DNA of 64,000 nucleotides from an uncultured Chloroflexia bacterium (GTDB lineage Bacteria; Chloroflexota; Limnocylindria; Limnocylindrales; CSP1-4). The translations under genes were made by a program, and so were the position numbers. The notes beneath the pieces are model-generated. The model was not told the DNA's origin. It saw nothing but the letters and a program-made list of their open reading frames with translations, and searched no databases. The stretch lies in NCBI GenBank assembly GCA_963768675.1, contig CAVYIV010000026.1, positions 23,988 to 87,987 on the forward strand, written 5' to 3'. This document shows, in pieces, positions 10,341 to 18,704 of this stretch (position 1 is its first letter; every line of letters begins with the position of its first letter).

Positions 10341-11466
10341 TCAGTGAGCTTCGAAGATCCCGATCGACGGATGAGCTCGCTCCCGCCGCCAGCGCAGGAA
10401 CGCCTGCCGGGCGACGAGTAACTGCGGCGGGATCATGAGCAGTCCCAGCCGGCGAAGGAGCGCTCCACCCGACGGCGCCCCGCCGAGGCTTGCCAGAGTC
10501 AGGCGAGTGCCGGACCGCCATTGTTGAGCCTGGAGGAAGATGCCTCCGTAGGCGAAGCGCGCGTACAGCTGGTACCGATCGAGTGCTTCATTCGGCAGGC
10601 CGATCCGAGTTGCGACTCGCTTCTGGGTCGCTAACACTTCGGCCAGCATAAGCGGCAGATCCTTGCTCGCGTTGCGCGGGTGGAGCCGCCAGTAGCCAAG
10701 CGGGCGCGGGATGTACCGAAAGTGGCCCTCCGACGCCAAGAGCAGGTACAGCTCGTAGTCCTCCAGGCGGCTGTGCTCGTTCCAGCCGAAGCGGACGACG
10801 GCGGACCTCCTGAAGGTGACAGTGGAGTTGAGCGGGACGGAGCGGAAGCGGAAGAGGTCATCGAGCGACAGATCCGGGATGTGGTATCGGTGCACACGCC
10901 GGCCAAGATTGACGAAGCTTCGGTCATTGTTCGGTTCGAGATCGGCCGCCAGCCTGGCGCGACCTGGCTGCGAGGATCCCCACACGCTGAGAACCCGATC
11001 GTCCGGGTCGACGATGTAGTGGTCGCCAAAGGCCATGCTCGCCGTGCTGTCCTCGCCCAGCGCTTGGACCGCGACGGCGAGCCGGTCCGGATGCCACATG
11101 TCATCGGACGCCAGGTAGGCGAACAGCGTGCCGGATGTACGCGCCAGACCCTTGTTCAACGTCGCCGATAGTCCGCGGTTAGGCCGCGCCACGAGTTCGG
11201 TAGGGACGGGCGCCTCCGCGAGAACCCGCTCGATCGTTCGAACTCGAGTCGTCATTCGAGCCGTCGTCGATGACCAGAAGCTCATCGGGGAGCCGCGATT
11301 GAGCGAAGATGGACCGGAGCGCACGCTCAACGTAACGCTCGTGGTTGAAGGACGGCACGACGACCGCCACCCGCTCGCGCCGCTCATCGTTCGGGCGTCC
11401 GCCCTCACGTCCATCGCGTGCCGCAGTGCGAGCCGCCGACTGCTCTTGATCCTGAGCACGGTCCAT
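10341..11466 (-). CDS. glycosyltransferase family 2, interrupted by one frameshift near 11258
   Basis: The N-terminal GT-A part (VAVVVPSFNHERYVERALRSIFAQS...LLVIDDGSNDD) is in ORF 11179..11499(-). The continuation (TRVRTIERVLAEA...NRGLSATLNKGL...YLASDDMW) is in ORF 10341..11552(-). ATG 11466 follows GGAGGG by 5 nt. Confidence 0.7.
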
Positions 11467-11569
11467 CGTAGCCCTCCGAGGCGACGGGCAATCCGGCATT
11501 GACTATCGCCTATCTGCGCAAGCGCGACCGATACCCTCTCACTCTCGAGCAAGGCACGCCAAGGAGCAC

Positions 11570-12541
11570 TTAGGTCGGAGTGGCCCCCCCCTCCGCAATG
11601 GACGTGTCATATTCCGCGGCCTTGGCGCGTGGGTCGTGAAGTCCGAGCCCGGGCACTTTGCTGACTGCCCAGTGAGCCAAGCACAGGTAACACTGCGCCC
11701 GCTCTGTGCGCGTGAGCGGCGCTCGCCTGATGGCTCGAACGAATGCGGCAACTTGCTCGACACGCATCCGGAGCGAGAAGTGGCGCCACCAGGGCGAGCG
11801 GCGGGGATCGAGCACGATCGCCTCGTGCACTCGATCCTTGCGCGCCGCCGAGAGTTGGCCCGGGTGGGTCCGCCTGAGGTACATCGGACCCTGGACGCAG
11901 GCAAACCTGCCGTGCAGGCTCAATTCGCTGAAGATGACGCGCTCTGCCCACGGGAACGTGAGGTGCGGTTGGATGCGGCGCAAGACGGCGGTTCGGACGA
12001 CGCCATAGGTGTTCTGGCCCCCGCGCACGACCAGCAGCTCCCAGAAGCGGACGTGTGGCTCAGGCGCGTCGAGCGTGAAGCGCCCCACCTCCCGGGCGAG
12101 GATGCGTCCATTGCTGTCCGTGAGGATGGTCTCGCCGTAGCAGTAGACGATCCCCGGGTCCGCGTCCAGCACTGCCACGCAGCGATCGAGGTAGTCCGGC
12201 GCGAACCGATCATCATCCGATGCCCACATGAAGTACTCGCCGCGAGCCGCAGCAGCGACACGGTTGTGGTTCCAGGCGAGTCCGTGGTTCTCGTCGCTAC
12301 GGAGCACCGTCACGCGAGCGTCCCGGGCCGCTGCCCGGCGACAGATCTCGGGCGTCGCGTCCGTGGAACCGTTGTCGGAGATGATGAGCTCGAGGTCGGT
12401 GAAGGTCTGGCCGAGGAGGCAGTCAATCGCCTCTTCGAGGTACTCAGCTCCATTGAAGGTGGGAAGACCGATCGAGAGCCGAGGGGGTCGCGAGAGACCC
12501 GTGGGATTCCCAGCGCCCCGGCCGTCCTCCGCGCCCGTCAT
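11570..12541 (-). CDS. glycosyltransferase family 2
   Basis: ORF 11570..12541(-). LSIGLPTFNGAEYLEEAIDCLLGQTF, LIISDNGSTD and WASDDD are GT2 (GT-A, DxD) motifs. Confidence 0.85.
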   Translation of the reverse strand: MTGAEDGRGAGNPTGLSRPPRLSIGLPTFNGAEYLEEAIDCLLGQTFTDLELIISDNGSTDATPEICRRAAARDARVTVLRSDENHGLAWNHNRVAAAARGEYFMWASDDDRFAPDYLDRCVAVLDADPGIVYCYGETILTDSNGRILAREVGRFTLDAPEPHVRFWELLVVRGGQNTYGVVRTAVLRRIQPHLTFPWAERVIFSELSLHGRFACVQGPMYLRRTHPGQLSAARKDRVHEAIVLDPRRSPWWRHFSLRMRVEQVAAFVRAIRRAPLTRTERAQCYLCLAHWAVSKVPGLGLHDPRAKAAEYDTSIAEGGATPT

Positions 12542-12637
12542 CGCGCCGGCCCAACCAGCTGGCGCAGGGTCGTGATTGGTTCAGGATCGCCGAAACAACC
12601 TCGGTCGCAGTGTGCACGGAAGTTCGCATCAAGGCCT

Positions 12638-12790
12638 TCAGCGTGAGCGCCGCCCCGGCGGTCCTCGGGTTGCCGAGGCATGCGCGAGGAGGATTTCGAA
12701 GGCCACGCTCGGCAAAGGCCGCGGCGAGGCTGACCGTTGTCGTGGTCTTGCCGCTCCCGCATTGTCACTGAAGAACGCCACCGTTCGCAC
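12638..12790 (-). pseudogene. decayed N-terminal remnant of a ParA-like ATPase (paralog of 15453..16211)
   Basis: GTG 12790 sits 1 nt after the upstream stop, exactly as in the intact copy. 55 nt (12706-12760) are identical to 16126-16180. A 1-nt deletion disrupts the deviant Walker A (FSNNKGGSGKT becomes FFSDNA/GSGKT). Similarity is lost after ...AERGLR and nothing follows. Confidence 0.6.
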
Positions 12791-12900
12791 CTCAGCGATC
12801 GCTTTCGACCCGACGCACGAGCCCATCGAAGAAGTCGTCCGACGCCAGGGTCGCGCTCGTCGGAGTCTCCAGCAGGAAGTCCGGCGCGGTGTTGCCAGGC
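12695..12900. repeat. dispersed repeat, copy 1 (B-tail / ParA start junction), paralogous to 16115..16320
   Basis: Aligned by eye against 16115-16320. There is a 55-nt identical core, and high similarity extends across the stop/start junction. Confidence 0.7.
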
Positions 12901-13457
12901 TGACGACTCTGAGGGTGAGCGGCTGGTCCCTCTTCAGGCTCGCTTCTCGAAGGGGCCAGTCCCGCAGCCAACGCTGGCGAGGCGGCACGCCGGACAGCCT
13001 CGAGGTTGAGTGCGGAGGTGCCTAAGGTCTCCCCCGGAGCCGGCCTTGACGTCGGACCCGTTGCCAGGTTCGAAGCGGGCCCGTCGCGCCCTGAGACGCG
13101 CGGGGTTGGAGGCCCGGATGTCGGCGCGCTTCCTGAACGCATCGTTGCACGACCTTCTCCAAGCCGCCCAACAGGTGCCAACCTCAGAGTGGCCTGAAGG
13201 GCCTCCCCGGCCGCGGCATCGGGTCCTGAGATCTGCCTAGCCCTCGACCGTGAGATCCGGCTGGGAACAAGCTGGCCAAGAAGTCCCCGGACAGCCGCGA
13301 GCGGCCGTCTCGCCGCCGCGTCATACCTCCCCTGCGGGTCGAGGTCCAGAACTTGCACATTCGACGGCCCGGTCTCGAGGGGCGCCGATCCCGGAGTCGA
13401 TTCTGCCGACGGGGGCTCGGCACCCCGTTCGTTTCCGGGAAAAGACTGCGGACTCAC
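12792..13457 (-). CDS. low-complexity (P/A/S/G/R-rich) protein with the conserved C-terminal tail ...ASDDFFDGLVRRVESDR (B1)
   Basis: ORF 12792..13457(-). Its last ~35 aa match the last ~35 aa of ORF 16213..16584(-). An internal segment, RRPLAAVRGLLGQLV...DAAAGEALQATLRLAP, resembles a segment of the 13833..15116 protein. Confidence 0.5.
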   Translation of the reverse strand: MSPQSFPGNERGAEPPSAESTPGSAPLETGPSNVQVLDLDPQGRYDAAARRPLAAVRGLLGQLVPSRISRSRARQISGPDAAAGEALQATLRLAPVGRLGEGRATMRSGSAPTSGPPTPRVSGRDGPASNLATGPTSRPAPGETLGTSALNLEAVRRAASPALAAGLAPSRSEPEEGPAAHPQSRQPGNTAPDFLLETPTSATLASDDFFDGLVRRVESDR

Positions 13458-13832
13458 GTTCGTGCACTCGTGATCATGCTTTCCGAGAGATCGTCACACC
13501 TCGCACTGTACAGGCTTGGGACAACTGATTTGCCTCTGGCTAACCCGTGGGTGGTGCGCTCTCGCACCTCGAATGGCAAAGGTTCCGTCGTGGCGATCGC
13601 TGGGGGATCGGACCTGCGCGACATCGGCGGCCGTCCCGCCAATCGCTGACTCCTCGACTCTGAAGGTGCCCGATTGGCTCGGCGGTTGCCGAAGACGTTC
13701 GCGTCGCCGCCTGCTAGGTGGCGTGGCCGTCGTCCAAGCGAAGCACGATCCACCTCCCGCCGGACATTTCGCTCATCTTGGAATGGGGCGCGCCAAGTCA
13801 GGGGGTTGGTATAGACCTGGGTGACGGGGGAC

Positions 13833-15116
13833 TCAGTGAGGGGGCGGAGTGATCAGGACCGGCGTCGGATTCGGGGTCCGCCCGGGCGTCGGGCTCGGGA
13901 GCGGGGTCGGCGTCGGATTCGGGGTCCGCCCGGGCGTCGGGCTCGGGAGCGGGGTCGGCGTCGGATTCGGGGTCCGCCCGGGCGTCGGGCTCGGGAGCGG
14001 GGTCGGCGTCGGATTCGGGGTCCGCCCGGGCGTCGGGCTCGGGAGCGGGGTCGGCGTCGGATTCGGGGTCCGCCCGGGCGTCGGGCTCGGGAGCGGGGTC
14101 GGCGTCGGCGTGGCCGCGAGGGCCGCGCTCGGGACAGCGATTGCCGTTGCCTGGGGCGATCTCGTTGGCGAGGCCGCACCGACAGCACTGCCCTCGGGTG
14201 TCCTTCCAAGCGTCGCGACGAGTCCGAAGATGAGGATGCCCAGCAGGCCCACGACCAATAGAGCGGCACCGCTGTCGCGCCGACGAGTGTTTCGCGGCGC
14301 AACGTCCGCCGAGACATGCGCTGGCGCGTCAGCCGACGAGGACGCGCGCGCGGCGGCTGTGGCCACGGCGTCCCGGCCACCGACAGACGCCGGGCCAGAC
14401 GCCATCGACTCTGACGCCGGAGCGGTTGTCGGTGTCACGGCCAGCGTGGCCGGTAGATGGACGCGAGCCGTTGCGGGTGGAGGCCCGGCCCCCGAAGCGG
14501 CGACCTGCGCGGTTGGAGCCACGGGCATGGGCTTTCCCGCTGACGGAGCCGCTCGATGGGCTGGATTGAGCGGCGCTGCCGGCTCGAGTTTCAGCGCAGA
14601 TTGGAGCAGTTCCGTTGCAGCGGCATCGAACTTGGCTGCCTGCTTTGCCCTCACTCGGGCGAGCGGTCCGGAAACAAGCCGGACGAGGAGGCCGCGCGCG
14701 GCCGCGAGCGGTTGCCTCGACTCGGCCCTATGTTGCGCGGGCAGGCGGACGACTACGGAGGGAGGTCGCGGTCCGTCAATAGCTGAAGAAGCCGGTGCCT
14801 GGGACGGCTCCGCAAGAGACGGTGCAGTGACTAGCGCACTACCGTGCGGGTCGCTTTCCGGATCCACGCTGGCCGGCAACCGGGACCGGTGGCCGGCCGC
14901 GTCGGGATGTCGCGATCTTCGAAACCGCTCGCACTCGCTGAAGCGTGGAGTCAGGCAGTACGTCGCCTGGCGGGTTGCATCCGCGGTCGCCAGCCGCTTC
15001 TGGGCGAAGCACCGGTGCGCAGGGTCGGGGACTGTGTAATGCGTATGGCGATCGAACGGGAGCCCAAGCAGCGGACAGGCAGGTCTTTCGGTCAGGTCGA
15101 GCTCGACATCAGCCAT
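13833..15116 (-). CDS. membrane protein A1: N-terminal Cys/His domain, one TM helix, extracytoplasmic Pro/Thr-rich repeats
   Basis: ORF 13833..15116(-). The N-terminal 68 aa are paralogous to the protein starting at 19842. It has a TM segment (ALLVVGLLGILIFGLVATLG) and a C-terminal 5 x PTPTPLPSPTPGRTPN. Confidence 0.6.
   Translation of the reverse strand: MADVELDLTERPACPLLGLPFDRHTHYTVPDPAHRCFAQKRLATADATRQATYCLTPRFSECERFRRSRHPDAAGHRSRLPASVDPESDPHGSALVTAPSLAEPSQAPASSAIDGPRPPSVVVRLPAQHRAESRQPLAAARGLLVRLVSGPLARVRAKQAAKFDAAATELLQSALKLEPAAPLNPAHRAAPSAGKPMPVAPTAQVAASGAGPPPATARVHLPATLAVTPTTAPASESMASGPASVGGRDAVATAAARASSSADAPAHVSADVAPRNTRRRDSGAALLVVGLLGILIFGLVATLGRTPEGSAVGAASPTRSPQATAIAVPSAALAATPTPTPLPSPTPGRTPNPTPTPLPSPTPGRTPNPTPTPLPSPTPGRTPNPTPTPLPSPTPGRTPNPTPTPLPSPTPGRTPNPTPVLITPPPH
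13861..14100. repeat. perfect tandem repeat, 5 x 48 bp (unit ggcgtcggattcggggtccgcccgggcgtcgggctcgggagcggggtc), with a partial sixth unit to about 14109
   Basis: Read directly from the sequence. All five units are identical. On the minus strand they encode the 16-aa repeat of protein A1. Confidence 0.95.
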
Positions 15117-15452
15117 CGCAACAATCCCAGTTGCCTCGTCCCTTCGGGCCCGCTACAAGATGCAGCCTGCGGTCGTACCCGCGATTTGGCAACTCCGTCC
15201 GCCGCTGTGGGCTTCGGAGTAGCCGCAGGCCATTCTTTGACCGCAGCCAGACCGCCGTCACGACCAAAGATTTCGAGGAAGGACACAGTCTGCCGGCGCC
15301 GGCCATACGATGAGCCAGACGGGCTGCCACGCCCGGCCAGCCCGGCGCCGTCAGTGACTCCACTTGGCTCGCAGCCCACCGGCGCGCGCTGCATGAGCAT
15401 CCTCGTTAATTGTTGTTCAGCACGCAGAGTCGCGCTTGCCGCGATCGTCCCA

Positions 15453-16211
15453 TCAGGACGTCAAGTCACCGAGGCGCACAAGGAGCTCGGCAGCGACCGC
15501 CCGGTAGTCGCCTGCCACCTGGCTCGACGGGGCGTACATCGTGATCGGCAGATGGAATGACGGCGCCTCAGCGATGCGAACCGCCTCGCGCACCCCGTGG
15601 TCGAGCACAACCCTACCGAACTGGGTCCGCAGCCGGGCCATGACCTCGCGTGCGTGCAGTGTGGCGTTCACCCGGCAGGCGACGATGCCCAGGATCTCCA
15701 CCCGCGGGTTGACCTGCCGTCGCGCACGCTCGATCGACGCGACTACGCTCGCCACCCCCGGCATCGCGAGCGCGTGGGCTTCGGCGGGGATCACGACGCA
15801 ATCGCCGGCGACAAGCGGGGCGAGCGACAGGTACCCGAGCGTCGGGGGCGTGTCGACGAGAATGAGGTCCCAGTAGTCCGGCAACCGGCGAAAGGCGCGG
15901 ACAATCGCGAGCCCCGTGCGGTTCTCGGTGTCCTCCCCGGATGAGATGAGGCTGGGGCTGGCTGGGATGAGGTCCACACCCGGCGCGGTCGAACTTGTAA
16001 TGAGATCCGAGACGCTGATGCCGCCCTTCGAGAACGACACAAGCCCTACGGACGACTCGCGGCCGCCGAGCCACATGGTCGCCGAGCCCTGGGGGTCGAG
16101 GTCGATCACGAGGATTCGAAGGCCGCGCTCGGCAAAGGCCGCGGCGAGGCTGACCGTTGTCGTGGTCTTGCCGCTCCCGCCCTTGTTATTGGAGAACGCG
16201 ATCGTGCGCAC
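15453..16211 (-). CDS. ParA/Soj/MinD-family P-loop ATPase (orphan, no ParB nearby)
   Basis: ORF 15453..16211(-) with a GTG start. It has the deviant Walker A NKGGSGKTTT, LVIDLDPQGS, and Walker B LILVDTPP. Confidence 0.9.
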   Translation of the reverse strand: MRTIAFSNNKGGSGKTTTTVSLAAAFAERGLRILVIDLDPQGSATMWLGGRESSVGLVSFSKGGISVSDLITSSTAPGVDLIPASPSLISSGEDTENRTGLAIVRAFRRLPDYWDLILVDTPPTLGYLSLAPLVAGDCVVIPAEAHALAMPGVASVVASIERARRQVNPRVEILGIVACRVNATLHAREVMARLRTQFGRVVLDHGVREAVRIAEAPSFHLPITMYAPSSQVAGDYRAVAAELLVRLGDLTS

Positions 16212-16320
16212 CTTAGCGATCGCTTTCCGCCCGACGCACGAGCCCGTCGAAGAAGTCGTCGGACGCCGGGGTCACGCTCGTCGGTGCGCGGATCAGTGAG
16301 CTGGGCGCTGTCTCGCCGGG
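16115..16320. repeat. dispersed repeat, copy 2 (B-tail / ParA start junction), paralogous to 12695..12900
   Basis: See copy 1. The 55-nt identical core is at 16126-16180. Confidence 0.7.
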
Positions 16321-16584
16321 TTTGCGGCGGCGTCGCGCAAGCAGTGATCCCTGCGCGGGCGCATTGTCCGAAGTTGGGGATCGCCACGCGGCCAAAGTCG
16401 GCAGGGCAACCAACGCAGGCCTGCGCTTCGACCGTCTCGTCACTCCGCTCTCGTGCCCGGACGCGACCTCGGGCGGGACGATGGATCGAGGAGGCATCTG
16501 GTCCGCGCCGTTCGGCGCCGGAGATGGTGCGACGAGTGAAAGTCCTGTCGGTACCCCCGACTCTCGCTTCGCCGGCGGGTTCAT
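16213..16584 (-). CDS. low-complexity protein with the conserved C-terminal tail ...ASDDFFDGLVRRAESDR (B2), translationally coupled to ParA
   Basis: ORF 16213..16584(-). Its TAA stop (16215-16213) is separated by 1 nt from the ParA GTG (16211). The tail is shared with B1. Confidence 0.5.
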   Translation of the reverse strand: MNPPAKRESGVPTGLSLVAPSPAPNGADQMPPRSIVPPEVASGHESGVTRRSKRRPALVALPTLAAWRSPTSDNAPAQGSLLARRRRKPGETAPSSLIRAPTSVTPASDDFFDGLVRRAESDR

Positions 16585-16783
16585 CGCCAGGCGCCGGCAA
16601 CTCGGCTGGCAACACGGATCTTCACTCTCTCCACTCTACAGGGTCCCGCGCTCGGAGGCCGACCTCGTGGCAAACGTGGTCCGTGCGCGCACCGCGATTT
16701 CGGGATCAGCGCCGGCGCGATGGCCTTATCGGCTGCATCAGCTGAGGCGACGGCGTCGACTCAGTAACCCCAAGCCCGCAGGC

Positions 16784-17110
16784 CTAGAAGAGGTCGCTGA
16801 TCCGCACCGGGTGGCCGAAGGCAGTGAGGGCGGTCTGGAGCTGGTTCTGGATAGCAGTGTGTTGACGCGAGACGTCAGCCTCTGGAACCCGTGCCGATGA
16901 CTCCGAGGTTGAGGCGTCCAGCACGCCGCCACGAAGCCGGGCTGGGACGCGAGGGCGAGGCCTTGCCGCGTCGATCTGGAGGCTCGAACGGGGCAGAAGC
17001 CACTGCGCGAGCCGCAGCGCCTCGAGAAACTGCGGCCTGACCGAGATGCGACCCGCGAGAACCGTATCCGCCTCGAAGCCGGGGGGAGCTGGGCTCGACG
17101 ACTGGGTCAC
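16784..17110 (-). CDS. hypothetical small protein (weak call); may correspond to the N-terminal half of a B1-like protein
   Basis: This is the C-terminal third of ORF 16784..17440(-), starting at GTG 17110. The segment RPQFLEALRLAQWLLPR...QNQLQTALTAFG loosely parallels RRPLAAVRGLLGQLVP...EALQATLRLAP in B1. Confidence 0.3.
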   Translation of the reverse strand: MTQSSSPAPPGFEADTVLAGRISVRPQFLEALRLAQWLLPRSSLQIDAARPRPRVPARLRGGVLDASTSESSARVPEADVSRQHTAIQNQLQTALTAFGHPVRISDLF

Positions 17111-17460
17111 GCAGCCTCCTGCGGGGTCAATATCCCTACGGGTCCGGCCGCGGTCCCCGTGAGTCCCGCCACATGTTGGCCCACGGAGTCCAGAAGTACG
17201 CCCGGACTCGGTACGGCCGTACGATGACCTCCGGGTACCGATCTGGTGCAGGCAAGCACCTCTTCGTCGGCCGATGGTGCGGCTAGGGAGGGTCCAGAGC
17301 CCCGTTGGTACGCCCCGAGTACTGGACTGGGACCCAACCGAGGTGCATGCTACGTGGTGCGTACAGGGTCCAATGGCAGGGTTACTCGCGCCATGCGGCT
17401 CCGTCGCGTTGGTGTCATCCGCGACGCATCTGCGCCGCACGTATCGGGGACAGGAGATCG

Positions 17461-18704
17461 ATGGAAACTACCAATCCGCGCCGATGGCGCGCACGGGTGC
17501 TGAGTCTCGGAGCGGCGCTCGCGCTGGTCGCGCTGCTCCTGCCTGCGACGGCGGGAGTCGGGCTAGGGGCAGCCGATCCAACTGTCAACGTTACCCTAAT
17601 CAAGGTCATCTGCCCGACCTACAGCGTCGTGCCGGCAAACACGGACCCGAGCACCAATGACGCGACTGGCGGCCACTGGAGCGAGCTCAACACAACGGAG
17701 TTCCAGTCAGGCCCCGTCTCGTCAACGGACGTGCCGGTTGGGTGTGCGCCGGCGTCCGGCTGGACGTTCAACCTCTACGCCGGTGCGGCTGGCAGTGCCT
17801 CCGGTAGTCCACTCTTCACCCCGGTGACGGGTCCGGATGGTTCGGTGGTCGTTCCAGTCCCGGCAGACCTGGTCTCTGCCACCGAGGAGGCCGATGGCCT
17901 CGAGGTTTCCGAGGTCACGCAGCCCGACTCCGGCTACGGCTTCGGTGCGCTTCGCTGCTATAACGACAAGCTCTATGGCGACAACCAGGAGGTCATCTGG
18001 AACGCTACTGATGATTCAGTCCCACTTGTATGCATCGCATACAACGTGGCCTCTGCGCAGCTCACGCTCGTCAAGAGCGTCGTCGGAAATGCCTCGCCAT
18101 CCAACTGGACGCTGACGGCCAGCGGCCCGGTCACGATCTTCGGCAAGACCGGTGACCCCGCGATCACAAGCGCCGTCGTGATCCCGGGAACCTATAACCT
18201 GTCCGAGTCAGGATCCGTCCCGAACTACGCCAACGGCTCAGGCTGGCTATGTGGCCCGACCCAGACGGAGACCGCCGGCGCAGCGGTCACTTCCCTTGTG
18301 AGTAGTGTCAGCCTCAGCGCCGGTGACAACATCACGTGCACGATCACGAACACGTATGCGCCTTCGCCGAACCCATCGCCGTCACCGACCCCGCCGCCGA
18401 CGCCGACGAGCCCTCCGTGCACGGCCGCGAACAACTGCACTTCTGGACGCCGCCGCCGAGCCCGTCGCCGACGCCGACGCCAACGCCAACTGCCAGCGTC
18501 GCGCCGTCGCCGAGCCCGTCGCCGACCTCGACGGTCGAGGCGGCCACGAGCAAGCCGCACGTGACCCCGCCGCCAACCTCCTCAGTGGGTGGCACGCAGG
18601 CGGATCATCCAGCAGGACTTGCTCGTCCTGCTGGCCCTGGCCGGCCTCCTCGCCAGCATCTCTTCCTGACGCCGGTCCCGGCACGGGCCCGCCGCAAGCG
18701 GTAG
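17461..18704 (+). CDS. secreted surface protein (prealbumin/SpaA-like beta-sandwich domains, Pro/Ser/Thr linker, C-terminal hydrophobic anchor plus RRKR); the 3' part needs about 3 frame changes
   Basis: ATG 17461 (METTNPRRWRARVLSLGAALALVALLLPATA, a signal peptide). A domain segment QLTLVKSVVGN...WTLTASGP...GTYNLSE...ITCTITNTY follows. After about 18440 the PSPTP linker continues in ORF 18336..18704. The helix LLVLLALAGLLASI is in frame 1 (18601-18666) and the tail PARARRKR-stop is back in the 18336 frame. Confidence 0.55.

Noticed and set aside
13861-14100. The 48-bp tandem repeat considered as a possible CRISPR array.
   Set aside because: The units are directly adjacent with no spacers. 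They lie inside a coding frame, and no cas genes are present.
13821-14261. A plus-strand ORF encoding 5 x RRIRGPPGRRARERG, and the 396-aa plus-strand ORF 13849..15039 with GVGFGVRPGVGLGS repeats.
   Set aside because: Both are other-frame or other-strand readings of the 48-bp tandem repeat. The minus-strand reading belongs to a protein (A1) with a conserved N-terminal domain, a TM helix and a paralog, so it is preferred.
14913-15116. A1 and A2 as zinc-binding anti-sigma factors (ZAS family).
   Set aside because: The HxxxCxxC ZAS signature is absent, since the pattern here is C-x19-H-x-C-x17-C-x7-C. No ECF sigma factor gene is adjacent. This remains an alternative to be excluded by profile search.
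17111-17460. The long leader upstream of the surface-protein gene as a riboswitch (for example a cyclic-di-AMP/ydaO type).
   Set aside because: I could not match any riboswitch consensus by eye. Only a 12-bp palindrome (17211-17222) stands out. An Rfam scan is needed, so the leader is mentioned only as context in a finding.
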